Shown in pieces: positions 1-13,024 of a DNA stretch of 64,000 nucleotides. The DNA comes from Negaprion brevirostris (Eukaryota). Made by a program: the position numbers and the translations under genes. The DNA lies in NCBI GenBank assembly GCA_030324005.1, contig JARDVH010000073.1, positions 42,176,841-42,240,840 on the forward strand, read 5' to 3'. The notes beneath the pieces were generated by a model. The model made no database searches. It had not been told where the DNA came from and was given only the letters and a program-made list of their open reading frames with translations. Each line of letters opens with the position of its first letter. Within the stretch, counting starts at the first letter, position 1.

Positions 1-372
1 AGGTGGGGTGGGTTTGCCGGGGTGGTTAGTGGGGGGTCTGCGAAGGGTGTTCGAGGAGGATGGGCTTTGGAGGTTCCGCTGAAGAATTGGAATCCACTTC
101 AGATTTTTATCCTGCAGGTTGATAACAGCGTGGATCCGGAACGGATCCGAACACGGTAAAGTGGGATTTGGCAGTGCAGTTGGGCCCATGGTTCATTATG
201 TTGATTTAAATACATGTTAATGCTCTTAAATCATTTGGCCCGATTGGGGCGCGAACTGGATCCACGCCCAAATCAGGAGTCGGTAAAGGCGCGATCTGCT
301 CAAAATCGGGTGCCGATCGCGTTCCAGGCCCAATGCCCAAATTTACCGTGAATTTTTGGTAAAATCGGACCC
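1..372 (-). mobile_element. GC-rich MITE-like non-autonomous DNA transposon (truncated by window edge)
   Basis: Reverse complement of 13027-13375; terminus gggtccgattttacc. Confidence 0.7.
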
Positions 373-483
373 TTTGTGTCTTTATATGTCCTGTTTGTGA
401 ACAGCACTCCCACTCACCTGACGCAGGGGCAGTACTCTGAAAGCTTCTGGCTTGTGCTACCAAATAAAGAGACTTCTTACTGT
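373..483 (+). mobile_element. PLE 3' pseudo-LTR fragment with decayed hammerhead motif
   Basis: tttgtgtctttatatgtcctgtttgtgaacagcactcccactcacctgacgcagggg...ccaaataaa...gagacttcttactg aligns with 27258-27388. Confidence 0.8.
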
Positions 484-489
484 ACAGGG

Positions 490-1790
490 GAGGATAAACT
501 CGATCTGCCGTTCATCAGCCCACTGGCCCAATTAATCAAGATCCCATTGCAATCCAAGATAACTTTCTTCATCGTCCACTATACCACCAATCTTGGTATC
601 ATCTGCAAACTTACAAACCATGCATCCTATATTCTTAACCAAATCATTAATATAAATGACAAATAACAGTGGACCCAGCACTTATCCCTGAGGCACACCA
701 CTGGTCACAAGTCCCCACTTAAAATAACCCTTTAAAACTACCCTCTGGCTTCTTCATCAAGCCAATTTTATATCCATATAACTACCTCACCCTGGATCCC
801 ATGAGATTTAACCTTATGCAACAACCTACCATGTGGTACCTTATCAAAAGCATTGCTAAAGTCCATGTAGACAACATCAACTGCACTGCCCTCACCTACT
901 TTCTTGGTTATCTCTTCAAAAAACTCAAATTTGTGAGACATGATTTTCCACTCAGAAAGTCATGCTAACTGTCCCTAATCATCCTTGCGTCTCTAAATGC
1001 CTGTAGATCCTATCTCTCAAAATACCTTCCAACAACTTACCCATCACAGATGTGAGGCTCACTGGCCAGTCATTCCCAGACTTTTCCCTGAAGCCCTTTT
1101 TAAACAAAGGCACAATATTTGCCACCCTCCAATCTTCAGGTACTTCACCTATGACTATTGTTGATTCAATATTTCTGCTAGGAGACCCGCAATTTCCTGG
1201 GATACACTTTATCAGGTCCTGGGAATTTATCTACCTTCATGCACTTTAAGGCTTCCAGCACCTCCTCCTCTGCAATATGTACACTCCCCCTCAAGACATC
1301 ACTATTTATTTCCTCAAGTTCCCTAACATCCATGATTTTTTCAATTGTAAATACTGATGAGAAATACTTATTTACAATCTCACCCATCTCTTATGGATCT
1401 GTACATAGATGACCTTGTTGATCCTTAAGAGGCCTTACTCTCTCCCTTGTTACTCTTTTGCCCTTTATGTATTTGTAGATACTCTATGGATTCTCTTTTG
1501 TCTTATCTATCAAAACAATCTAGTGTCCTCTTTTTGCCCTCCTGATTTCTCTTTACTCTACTCCTACACGCCTTATACTCTTCAAAGGATTTACTTGACC
1601 CCAGTTTCCTATGCATGTCACTTGCCTCTTTGTTCTTCTTGATTAGGGCCTCAACATCCCGAATCATCCAGGGTTCCCTACTTCTGTCAGCCTTGCCCTT
1701 CACTCTAAGAGGAACGTGTTTACCCTGAACCCTGGTTAACACACTTTTGAAAGTGTGCCACTTACCAGATGTCCCTTTGCCTTCCCACAG
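490..1790 (-). mobile_element. CR1-type LINE ORF2 fragment (decayed)
   Basis: Minus-strand remnants MGEIVNKYFSSVFT, DKFPGPDKVYPR and a KFADDTK-type RT motif near 590-612. Confidence 0.85.
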
Positions 1791-1804
1791 ACTTACGAAC
1801 AAAG

Positions 1805-2080
1805 TGGCCAGGGACCCGGGTTCAATTCCTGCCTCGGGTCACTGGCTGTGTGGAGTTTGCACATTCTCCCCGTGTCTGCGTAAGTTTCTTTTGGGTACTA
1901 CAGTTTCCTCCCACAGTCTAAAGACGTGCAGGTTTTGCTGATTGGCCATGCTAAATCATTCCCTAGTGGGGGCTAGCAGGGCAAATACATTAGGTTAGGA
2001 GGATAGGGCCTGGGTGGGATTGTCATTGGTGCAGGCTCAATGGGTCGAATGGCCTCCTTCTGTACTGTAGGGATTATATG
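1805..2080 (+). mobile_element. HE1-like V-domain SINE
   Basis: B-box gggttcaattcc, V-domain gtggagtttgcacattctccccgtgtctgcg...tttcctcccacagtc, CR1-type tail gaatggcctccttctgtactgtagggatt. Confidence 0.8.
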
Positions 2081-2259
2081 ATTTCACACTTCCAGATCCC
2101 ACAATTCCTCATTTCCCTCCATCCCTGTCTCCTTCACCCAATCCTCACATATCAATACAGCAGGATACCCAAGCACAACTCCCTTCTCCCCAGTGCCACA
2201 TCACTTCAACTCGCGGACCAAACAGCTGCCATCCCCGGGCCGTACTGCAAAGAATTCTT

Positions 2260-4050
2260 CCTGCCAAAATAGACATTTTCATATTTTCCACATTATACTC
2301 CATTTGCCAAATTTTTGTCCACTCACCTAACCTATCTATATTTCCTTGTAGCTTTCTTATGTCCTCTTCACAATTGACTTTCCTATCTATCTTTGGGTCA
2401 TCAGCAAGTGTAGTGACTATACATTTGGTCCCTTCATCCAAGTCATTTATAGAAATTATAAAAAGTGGAGTCCCTAGCATTGATCTCCGTGGCACACCAC
2501 CTGCCACATCTTGCCAAATGAGCTATTTATGCCTACTCTCTGCTTGTCAAACTTCTATTTGTGCTAATATGTTACCACTACACCATGAGCTTTCAATTTT
2601 ACAATAAATTTTGATGTGACACTTTGTCAAATGCCTCCTGAAAATCCCAGTACAGTACATCTACAGACTCCCCTTTATTTGCAACAGATGTTATTTTTTC
2701 AAAGCATTCTAATAAATTGGTTGAACATGATTTCCCTCTTACAAAACCAGGTTGACTCTGCCTCATTACCTTGAATTTAACTAAGCATTCTGCTGTTAAA
2801 TCTTTAATAATAGTGAATATTTTTCCTATGACAGATGTTACACTAACTGGCCTGCTTTTAGTGTCTCTTCATTTTGAATAAGGGAGTTATATTTGCATTT
2901 TCCAATCTAACGGAAACTTCCTTGAATTTAGGGAATTTTGGAAAATTTGTATCTAATATCTTGCTAGACTTTTTTTTTTAAGACCGTAATGTGAAGTCCA
3001 TCCGGACCTGGGAACTTGTCAGCTCACATCTGTAACAATTTACTCAGTACCACTTCCATGGTGATAGTAATTTTCTTGTATACCTCCCTCCCTTTTCCTG
3101 AGTTACAGCTATTTCCGGGATGTTACTTATATCCTCTATATTGAAAACTGATAAGATATTTGTTCAACAACCATCTTCTTATCTTTCATTATCACTTCCT
3201 CAGACACTACGTACAAGGCCAATGCTCATTTTTGTTAACTCTGTTTAAAATTCTTACTATCCGTTTCTTTATTTCTAGTTACCTTTCTCTTGTACTCTTA
3301 TTTTTCCATAAAGTTTTAGTCATTCTTTGATTTTTAAAAATAACCTGTCCATTGTTCTGGCCTGCCACCCATTTTTGCACAATTATATGCTTTTTCTTTG
3401 AGTGTAGTTTTACGTTTAACTTTTTTAGTTAACCACAGATAGTGGCTCCCCTCCCTGGAAGTTTTCTTTCAAGTGTTCTGAAATATCCCTTTAAACGTCT
3501 ATCAATGCATTGCCATTGACCTAGCCCTTAACCTAATTTGACAGTTCACTTTATCTAGCTTTGCTTTATGTCCTCATAATTGCCCTTGAGTTTAAAATAG
3601 TAATCTTGGATTCATTCTTCTCGCCCGCAAACTAAATGTAAAATGCAATCATATTATGACCGCAGCTATGGGTGCCTTCAAAATGGGGTCATTTAATTAA
3701 TACTGACTCATTGCACAATATTTGATCTAGTACAGCATGCTTGCTGATTGGTGCAAGAATGTGCTGTTCTAAGAAATTATCCTGAAAACATTCTATGAAC
3801 TCCCCATCTAGACTACCTTTGCCCATCTGATTTTTCCAGTCTATATGCAGATTGATCATTGCCGTACCTTTCAGACAAGCTCCCATTATTTTCTCCTTTA
3901 TACCCCATCTGACTGTGTGGGTACCTGTAATACCATTCCTATAAGAGACTTCTTGCTTTCATTACTTTTCATCTTTACCCAAACCACTTCCACATCCTGG
4001 TTTCCTGGACCACTCTCCCCAGTACTGACACCAGTGCCCCACTAAGCAGA
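2260..4050 (-). mobile_element. CR1-type LINE ORF2 fragment (endonuclease to RT, decayed)
   Basis: GVPRRSMLGTPLFIISINDLDEG...LADDPKI...LQGNIDRLGEW...WQMEYNV (2145-2507) and FIECFQDNFLEQHI (3689-3886). Confidence 0.85.
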
Positions 4051-4329
4051 ATCCACTTCTCCCACACCAATCTTTGAACCACACATTAATTTCTCTAATT
4101 GTATTTGTCCTGTACCAATTTGCATATAGTTCAAGTAAAAATCCAGAGATTATTACCTCTGAGGATCTGCTTCTTAATTTGGTGCCTAGATCCTCAAGAT
4201 GACTAAGCAGAACCTCCTTCCTTGCCTGCCTAAGTCATTGGCTCAGGGAAAACACATTTGCATTAAATGTTTGCTTTGGCTCACTGCGTTGGAGGTCAAG
4301 CTGCAGACACTGATGTATCAGGGAGGGAA

Positions 4330-5520
4330 AAATGATACTTGCATCAAGTGACAATTGGAAAATGTTGGTCAGAGCATCCAATATTTCCTCTCTGACTTCC
4401 TTCAATATCCTTGGGTACATTTCATCCAGCCCTAATGATTTATCCACTTTGAAAGATGCTAATCCCCTTAATACTTCCTCTCTCCCGATATTTATCAGAC
4501 TCAATAATTCACACTTCACAACCTTTTCTTTGAATTTAGTATTACATTTAACTTTTTAGTTAACCACAGATGGTGGCTTCCCTCCCTGGAAGTTTTCTTT
4601 TGTGTTAAGAGTATTCTGAAATATCCCTTTAAATGTCTGCAATGTTTGTATTATCCCCCACTTTTGTGAACGCAGATGTAAATTATTTATTAAAAAGAGC
4701 TATACCCACAGGTTACCTTTTTGTTTTTTTTTATGAGCCCTAGTCCTTTCTTAGTTATCCTTTTACCATACTGATAAAACATCTTTGAATTCTCCTTGAT
4801 TTTGTTTGGAAGTATTCTTTCCTGTTTCCTTTTTAATTTCACTCCTCTTCTTCTTATACTCCTCTCAACTTTCTGTAGTATTGGCATCTGACATTACTTT
4901 TCCTTTTCTGCCTTATCTACCTTGACTTCCAAGGGGCTCTAGATTTGGCCATCTCACTCTCTTTCTTTGTAGGAATATGTTTACTTTGAATCCCTTGAAT
5001 CTCCCCTCTGAACGTCCCCTACTGCATTGACACTTAATTACCCTCAAGTAGCTGTTTCCAGTCCACTTTTTGGCTAAATCTCTCTTCAGCTTAGTAAAAT
5101 TGACCTCACCCCAATTTAGAACTTTAACTCCCAATCTATCTTTGTCCTTTCCTATAATTGTGTTAAAATTAATTGAATTATGATCACAACCAGAAAAATG
5201 CTCTCCCACCGTCACTCCTTCCACGTTCCCAGCTTAATTTCACAAATCAAGCCCATAACCGCATCCTGTGTTATTGGACTTGCTATCTCCTGCCAAAAAA
5301 GGTTCTCCTGAATGCAATTCAAGAATTCTGTTCCCTCATTTCCTTTCACACTAAATCTAACCCAGTTAATATTGGTGTAGTACTGCTACTGGTCCATTAT
5401 CTTTGCACTTCTACCACTATCTTGTTCTTCTACCTCTGACAGTTTTACCATACACACCCAGTTGTGCCACTGCCTCATTTTTGTTCCTCAACTCAATTCA
5501 AATAGTCCAATTGGATTAAA
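4330..5520 (-). mobile_element. CR1-type LINE ORF2 fragment (decayed)
   Basis: VDKSLGLDEMYPRILKEVREEI and VGEHFSGCDHNSINF remnants in ORF track. Confidence 0.8.
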
Positions 5521-5549
5521 CTTCTAACATATCATCCCTCCCCACAGCT

Positions 5550-5926
5550 TTTTTAAAATTCATTCATGGGACATAGGTGTTGCTGACAGGTCAGCATTTA
5601 TTGCCCATTCCTAGATGCCACTGAAACTAAGTGGCTTGCTAGGGCATTTTAGGGGGCCACATTGCTATGGTTGTGTAGTCACATGGAGGCCAAGCCAGGT
5701 TAAGATGGCAGATTTCCTTCCCTAAAGGACATTAGTGAATCAGGTGGGTTTTTCTGACAATCGGCAATGGTTTCATGGTCATCAGTAGATTCTTAATTCC
5801 AGTTTTTTTTTACTGAATTCAAATTCCACCAACTACCAATGTGGGATTTGAACCCGTATCCCCAGAACATGAGCTGCATTTCTGGGATTAATAATCTAGC
5901 GATAATACCACTAGGCCACCGCCTCC
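5550..5926 (-). mobile_element. tRNA-derived SINE (family B, LINE-like tail)
   Basis: Minus strand starts ggaggcggtggcctagtggtattatc (A box) ... gggttcaaatccca (B box); homologous to 32362-32722 and 31500-32175. Confidence 0.78.
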
Positions 5927-6854
5927 TACTTCGATCAAAATTGCAATCTTCCCTCCTTTTCTTTTTCATCACCCCCTCTATCTTGTCAGAAAACACAGTA
6001 ACCAAGAGTGTTGTCCTTCCTTAAGCCACGTTGCTGTAATAGCTTTGATATCACATTGCCACATTTCTATTTGCGCCCTCAGCTCATTTGTTTCATTCGC
6101 TATACCACTTGAATTGAAGTATATAAGCATCACCAACTTCCTTTTTTAAATTTTCTAACCTTCGTTTCCTTTGCCTTCCAGATTTATTCACAACTTTTCT
6201 GCCTTCCATTTCTAATTTTGCCCCATCTAATTCACCTTCGGCTCTTGACCCCTGCCAAACCATTCCTAACTTGTCAAATATGATGTTTTTAATGGAACTG
6301 CATTTAATAGATAACAATGCTCTGAGCTAAAATACAAACTCATGTTTGTTTGAGAGGAAATCCCATGTCTATAGGTCTTTAGCTCAACTCAGCTTCTCAG
6401 TGACTGGAATCTGAGAATGATTTTCCAATGTTTACAGTACTAAATCTTGCTATTCCCCGGCTAAGAGACTGGAGAACAATTGTGTCCATGACTTCTAAAG
6501 TAAGGGGATCAAATGCATTTGTGTAAATGACAGGAGCCAGCACACTTAATCCAGAATTTTATCTAAATATGCATCAGTATAAAATCATATTTTAACACTG
6601 TTGCCACCTGAAGGGCAATCGACCAATAATCCACATTTGTGAAATCACTCATCATCTGTTTGTGAATACAGCTCTAATAATAATGAACAGAAATATTACT
6701 CAATCAAATCATCACCGGCATTGGGTGTCATCAAATATGTACCTGGCACTAAAACAGAGGGTCACTGAATGCTGGATGTTCTAGATATCTTTTTGTATTG
6801 TGAGTTAATGCCATTTGTGACTACATTGACACAGAAAGCTAGGTGGACACCTAC

Positions 6855-6932
6855 CCAGGTTATATTGTTTCTGGATTTCCTTTATGACCTGGATGTTGGC
6901 TGATCGTCTGAACAAACCTTCAGTTTTAAGTG
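6855..6932 (-). CDS. ARHGAP8: ARHGAP8 exon (78 nt): ALKTEGLFRRSANIQVIKEIQKQYNLG, carrying the RhoGAP arginine finger
   Basis: Acceptor attttgtttacag|, donor CTGG|gtaggt, phase 1-1; EGLFRRSA catalytic motif. Later exons not found in window. Confidence 0.93.
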
Positions 6933-6992
6933 CTGTAAACAAAATATTGAAGTTTCCAGTAAATTGTTGTTTCTGTCAGTGACAATATTACT

Positions 6993-7034
6993 GCGCGCAC
7001 GCACACGCACACACACGCACACACACACACACAC
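6993..7034. repeat. (CG/CA)n microsatellite
   Basis: gcgcgcacgcacacgcacacacacgcacacacacacacacaca. Confidence 0.95.
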
Positions 7035-8004
7035 AATCTGCTAAATGCAATTCAAGAAAACTACATGACAGCATTTTCTGGTATCTTGCTATTGGGCAGG
7101 ACTTTCATATACATCCATACATACCATGATAGTACAACCACAATTTTGCATCCAGTCAAGTTCCTAAGCAGGAAGGCATGAACAATGCATCCTCAACTTC
7201 CCAATATATATAGCTACTGGGCCAGGCTCCTCACCAATAGTATAAACATAGAAATCTACCCATCCCATTCTTCACGCTTGGAAGGAATTAAGAATTGAAA
7301 TGCCAGGTGACTATAGGACAAAGGATGGTACATTCTAACAACACAGACGTTGATGTATCAAAATGGGGAAATAAGGGCTCATCAAAATATTTGTTAAATT
7401 TGATGTTCTTTCGAATAGTGAATGATGGATACTGGGGTGTCAACCTTGACAAAATTTTAAAATGCTTAAAAACGTCTTCTGAATCCCAAGATTAGGAGAG
7501 ATTATAGTCCTCAACAACTGTGACATTATCACTGCAAATGTGAGCAACTTGCAGAGACAGCAGCATTAGTAATCATGGTGCAGATTTCACCCACAATCCA
7601 CTGCTGCATTTCTGGTCTATCTCCATCATTAAGAAGAAGAGTTGAGCAAAGGTGAAGCAAGGAATGGAGAGAGAAAGGTAGAACCTCCAGTCTTTTTTCT
7701 TAAAATACCACTAAGCAACAAACTTTAGATTAATTTTGAAGGACGATGCCTGGGATTGTGTTGCCCCTCAAGTTGTAGGTGCACAACACTGAAGGATGCA
7801 TGGAGTGGAGGGAGTGGAATATGTGCTGGAAACAAGCTGCCAATCAACAAGGAGACGTTAATGATCAACAACAAGATCCAATTAACCATAAGCAGCCATC
7901 AATATGTAGCCGTGTGCTTCATGTGATGAAACCACCTGAAGAGACACAATTTGGAACCCATTCCAAGTGCAGAGGAGAAATCTGTCCTTGGCACCAGTCT
8001 GGAG

Positions 8005-8146
8005 TAAGAGTGATCCACCTGACAAAGGAACAGTGCTCCAAAAACTAGTGGTGTTTGCTACCAAATAAACCTGTTGGACTTTAACCTGGTGTTGTGAGAC
8101 TTCTTACTGTATTTACCCCAGTCCAGTGCTGGCATCTCCACATCAT
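8005..8146 (+). mobile_element. Solo PLE pseudo-LTR with tail
   Basis: cacctgacaaaggaacagtgctcc...ccaaataaacctgttggactttaacctggtgttgtgagacttcttactgt...ccccagtccagtgctggcatctccacatcat; 10-bp duplication cagtctggag at 7995-8004 and 8147-8156. Confidence 0.82.
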
Positions 8147-9007
8147 CAGTCTGGAGAACAGCATGGTTTACAGATTGTAAAAGTTTTATCTTTATTTCCT
8201 CTAACGATCACAATCACAACTTTCATGTCTCTGTAAATCATAGGTAGGTTCTACTTGCATCATCGGACCCTGAGGCTCCCACTCAATTCAACGGACTCCA
8301 GGCTAATTTGGCCCTTATTCGAGTTGGGAAACTAGGAAAAAGCTCCTACCTAGCTAAAGAGTTAAAGAAACTGCAAGACAAATCATAATGATTAGGGGGT
8401 GTCAAACAATGGCTTAAAATCAAAATACCTGAGCAAGGAAAGAAAGAAGAGAGACAGTTAAGACTTGAGGTGCTAGAAAAGGATGAGTTAGAGCAGAAGA
8501 CCACGATACAGAGGGACAAGAACATGTAGAATGCAATACTTGAAGTTTGGGAAGGATATGCAGCAAAGTTGAAGTACAACAACAACAAGAACGTTAACAA
8601 AATAGGAACCAGAGAGGCTGAGAATGATTCCTATCAGAGAACAAGCTTTTTTCTATAGGTAGAAGTCACCCAACATGTGGAACAGTATGTAATAATTCTG
8701 AATTAAACTCAAACCCATTAAGAGACATCAGCAGGAAATGAAATGATTGAAAATTTAAACCTTGGTGCAGCTATGACAGTAAAGAGATGTACAACTTCCA
8801 GATGAGGCCAGAGGAGATAGTAAGGCCAAGAAGTTGATGATTAAAGGTCAAATGGTGGAGCTAATAGCAAGAGGTAGTAGCTGGTCTAACTTACCAGTAA
8901 GAGTAAAATTATTCATTCTCTGATGAAGGAAAAGGGCTACAAATTGCTTAAAGATAGTCAAATTAAGAGTAAACATTCTTAACACATAAATGAGGAATGA
9001 AACATAC

Positions 9008-9081
9008 CTCTCTGCTTCAGGAACAGCACAGTTTGTCTCATTACCAGAGGAATAAGCTCGCCATTTCCTTTGTTTCGGAGA
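9008..9081 (-). CDS. ARHGAP8: ARHGAP8 exon (74 nt): LRNKGNGELIPLVMRQTVLFLKQR
   Basis: Acceptor tttgaaaatacctag|, donor AGAG|gtatgt, phase 2-1; GELIP.V RhoGAP helix. Confidence 0.9.
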
Positions 9082-10429
9082 CTAGGTATTTTCAAAAAGT
9101 AATGCATAGTCACATTTGTATAGGTTAGTTGCATGGAAATCACTTTTATTAAAACATCTTAAAATAAAATGTTCACTTTGTGAAAAGGCCCATTTACAGG
9201 AAGAATGTGAACTAATTTAGCATCTTTAACATAGTAAAACATCCCAAGGTGCTTCAGAAGACGATAATCAGATAAAAAGTGACACTGAGTCAACGAAGGA
9301 GACATCAGGAGACCAAAAACTTGTACAAAGAAATGTGCTTTCAGCAGCATCTTATAGGGAAGAGGGATAGATAGCAAAGTCTAAGAGGAGGACAGTTGTT
9401 TTTATGGGATGCGGTATTGCAGCATTTACCATCCATCCCAAATTGCCTTCGAGAAGGTGCTGGTGAATGGCCTTCTTGACTTGCTGCAGTACAAAACTAT
9501 TAGGTAGGGAGCATAGAGCTTAAGGTTCGGCCAGCTTAGTGTAGGGCAAAAGAAGGGAAGAGAATGCCAAAATTGGAGGAATGGTTGCAGGATTGGGGCA
9601 TGTTAAATGGAGCCAAACAGAGACAAGGCCATTGAGAGATTTAAACATGAAAAATCAAAACTTTTCTGGTCTAGGAGCTGAGACAGGTCAGCGAGCACAC
9701 AGATGATTGCTAATAGGAACTTGGAGCAATTTAAGATAGGAACAACAGAGTTTTGGATTATTTTAATGTCATGGAGGGCGACAACTAGGAAAGTACTGAA
9801 ATAGTTGAGACAACAAGTTAATTAATACCTGGGTGAAAGTTTCAGTTGCAGGCATGTCTGGGTGCGAGCTATGGTAAATGGGTGATGGAGGTGAAAGCAG
9901 GAATCTGGATAATGGACAGGATTGGGGCCGAGAAATTCAGTTCAAAAAGTCATGTAGTCTGGCTCATCCATAGGCAGTGAACACGGATGGGGGCGCAATC
10001 AATAGTTACAGAGTAGAGTTTGTGATGGGGGTTCAAATCCCCCCCCCCACCCAAGTTACACTGATCATGGGCTTCATCTAGCCAGCAAGACTCTATATCT
10101 GGCTGTGAGCACATCTGCAAGATGCAGATGTAGTTTTGCTATCTTTGTCAGAATTCCCACACCATTTCAGTCTCCTTTCCAACTTCCGTCAATATTGTTT
10201 CAATACCCCACAGAGAAATGGCATAAAAGTGATCATATTTGTTAATAAAATTGAGCATCTTGTAATAACATTCTTTTGAGCACTGTTCAACTAGGAAACT
10301 GACTGACAATCAACTTAGCAACATATTCCATTTTTAATGTTTAGATGAATTTTGTTTTAAACATGCTTCTAAAATAACTTTATAAAATTAATCACAATAA
10401 GAGCAGGAATAAAACAGAAGAAGACTTAC

Positions 10430-10540
10430 TATTGCAGACTGACTCCAAATTGTTGATGGGGAAGTGGAGGTCGAGGTGGGGGTGTCCTTGCTGGTCGAGG
10501 TGCTCCTCCCTTTTGGGAAGCTCGCAATTTTTCATCGTAC
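10430..10540 (-). CDS. ARHGAP8: ARHGAP8 exon (111 nt): [37 protein letters not shown] (proline-rich SH3-binding motif, start of RhoGAP)
   Basis: Acceptor gacttctttcag|, donor CAATA|gtaagt, phase 2-2; PPPRPPLP and QQFGVSL motifs. Confidence 0.95.
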
Positions 10541-10614
10541 CTGAAAGAAGTCACACAGATATGATTAACATAATCCTTCATAATAACCCCACCAAAATCT
10601 TCCTTTCAAGTTAA

Positions 10615-11305
10615 GTTATAAAGAGTAGAAAAAGCAGAATATTTTTCAAAGGAAGAGAGACTGCAGAATGCAGCCATATGGAGAGTCCATGTACACGAAT
10701 CACAAAAAGTCAGCAAGCAAGTACAACAAGTAATAATAAAGGCAAATGGAATGCTGGCCTATATTGTATGGGGTCTTGCTGCAACAATACAAGACATCGG
10801 GGAGACCACATTGATAGTACAGTTTTGGTCACCTTAATGAGGCACACGCTCGCATTGGAAGCAGTTCAGAGAAGGTTCACTCTACTGATTTCTTGAATGA
10901 AGGGTTTTCTTGTGAGTTAAGGTTAAAAATGTTGGGCCTCTACTCATTGGAGTTTAGGAGAATGAGACATGATCTTATTGAAACGTGTAAGATTCTGAGG
11001 AAGAGCTTGATAGGGTAGACATTGAGAGGACATTTCTCCTCACAAGGGAATCTAGAACTAAAGGGCACAGTTGCAAAATAAGGGATTTCCTCTTCCAGAT
11101 GGAGATGAGGAGGAATTTCTTCTCTCAAGAGGGTTGCTATGTTTGGGATTCTCTCTCCTAGAGAGCATTGGTGGCTGAGTTATTGAATATATTAGACAGA
11201 TTTTTGACTGACAAGGGAGTCAAGAATTATGGGGAACAGGCAGGAAACTGGAGTTAATACCACAATCAGATCAGCCATGATCTTATAGACTGGCAGAATA
11301 GGTTC
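10615..11305 (+). mobile_element. CR1-type LINE 3' end
   Basis: LALEAVQRRFTLLI remnant, ctctactcattggagtttaggagaatgaga, tail gatcagccatgatctt. Confidence 0.82.
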
Positions 11306-13024
11306 TCATTGTTACACTTTTTGAAAGAAAGTTATGTATACTGAATTTCACTCAGTATTGCCCTGTGTATTCAGAAACAAGACTGGACTGCCATGCTGAC
11401 TATTCTCCTTCGATGGAGATAGAGAGCTTCAACTCCACTCCCATGAAACAATACAACAATAGACTTAAAATGACAAAACTGTTTCAATCTCTATATGTAA
11501 AATCAGCTTTGCAATTTAAACATCCCATCTGTATCTCAGGATCACAAACTAGCCCTTGTATCATGTGTAGAAATTAATGTTGCACCTTTTCAATAAATTG
11601 TATCCTCAAAAATGAACATATTGCTTGTTCTAAAAATTGACATTCCAGTGAACTGCAACACAACATCATATTCAAATGTAAATAGTCTAGAAGCACAAGC
11701 CTGTACCTTATAAACATTGCTGCAATGGACAGTGCTTATATTACAAAAGAGGAAATAATTTCTGTTGCATGTTGTGGAAAAAGTAATAGCACAATAATAT
11801 AAACCTCATCATCTGATGACAGGAATTAATTATCTGCTTGAAACACTTTAGTTTAAAAATGGTAAGAAGTTGTTCAAATCTATTTATTATGTTTTTTTGA
11901 GATTCAAGTACAAGAACATCCAGATCCTTCTGTACTGCAGCATCTGGCAGTCTCTCGCTATTTCAATAATATCCTATTTTTCCTATTCTTTATAAATTAA
12001 TTTATAACTTGAAAGGGGAGATTGTGGTGGGGTAATTACAAGAGCTTACTATATTAATCATATTTACAACTGTGAATGTGCCACACTAGCACTTAAACCA
12101 AAACTATTTAGCCTAATTTTATTTCTCTGCCTCGTCTCTATATTGTTTTATAATCTCATTTTTCAAACCTCTATCCAGTTTCATTTTATATAATCTCATG
12201 TCCCTATTTGAACGACCCTCTGTATTTTTTTGGGGGTGGATTCTTCTGACTTCCTCCTGCATTTTTCTAATAGTAGTCTTGAACCTAGTCCATTCTGTGG
12301 TGTCCGAGCCACCAATAAAAACAACCATTTACCACTTTTTCCTTCAAAACATTTCAGGATTTTGAAAGCTTTCATTAGATTTTTTCTTACCTTCCTTGCT
12401 GCAGTGAAAAAGGTTGATGTTTTCCATATAATTCCTCGTAAGTACAATTACCCATTCTTGCTACCATCTTGAACAATTTGGCTGCAGCATTTCCACACAT
12501 CTGATAGCACTCCAATTGGGTATCCAGAACTACACGTAATACTCAATTCGGCTCAATGCAGGACTTCTATGATACCATGTCTTTTAGAAATTCAAACATC
12601 ACTTCCTAGTTCTTGTGTTCAAGAACCCTTTGTTCAGACTTCAGAGTGATATATCTGTTCGCTGATTCTGATGTCAGCGACATAGTGATGGTGGAAGAGA
12701 GAACAAAAAAAAGGAAGAAAGAGAAACAAAGAACAGAAGAAAGAGCGAGAAACAAAGCAGAAAGGAGATGGGAGGAACAGAAACGTTCACAATTTCATTC
12801 ATTGAAGAAATACAATTCATAACTGATTTGGAGGCCAGTGAGCTGACAGAACAACTCCCCACATTTTATGCTTCCCCAGATAGGAAAATTGCAAGAATTC
12901 TTCACCTGGAAGTCAAAGCCAGCAGGATGATTTATACTTTCACGTGTTTCAAAAACACTTGCCTCATTTCCAAATTGTTAAAACAATTCACTTTGACAGA
13001 CTCCAAAACTAATGCAAATGCAAA

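Noticed and set aside
1805-1835. tRNA gene from A/B-box motifs (also at other SINE heads)
   Set aside because: Boxes are followed by SINE bodies and LINE-like tails; no full cloverleaf.
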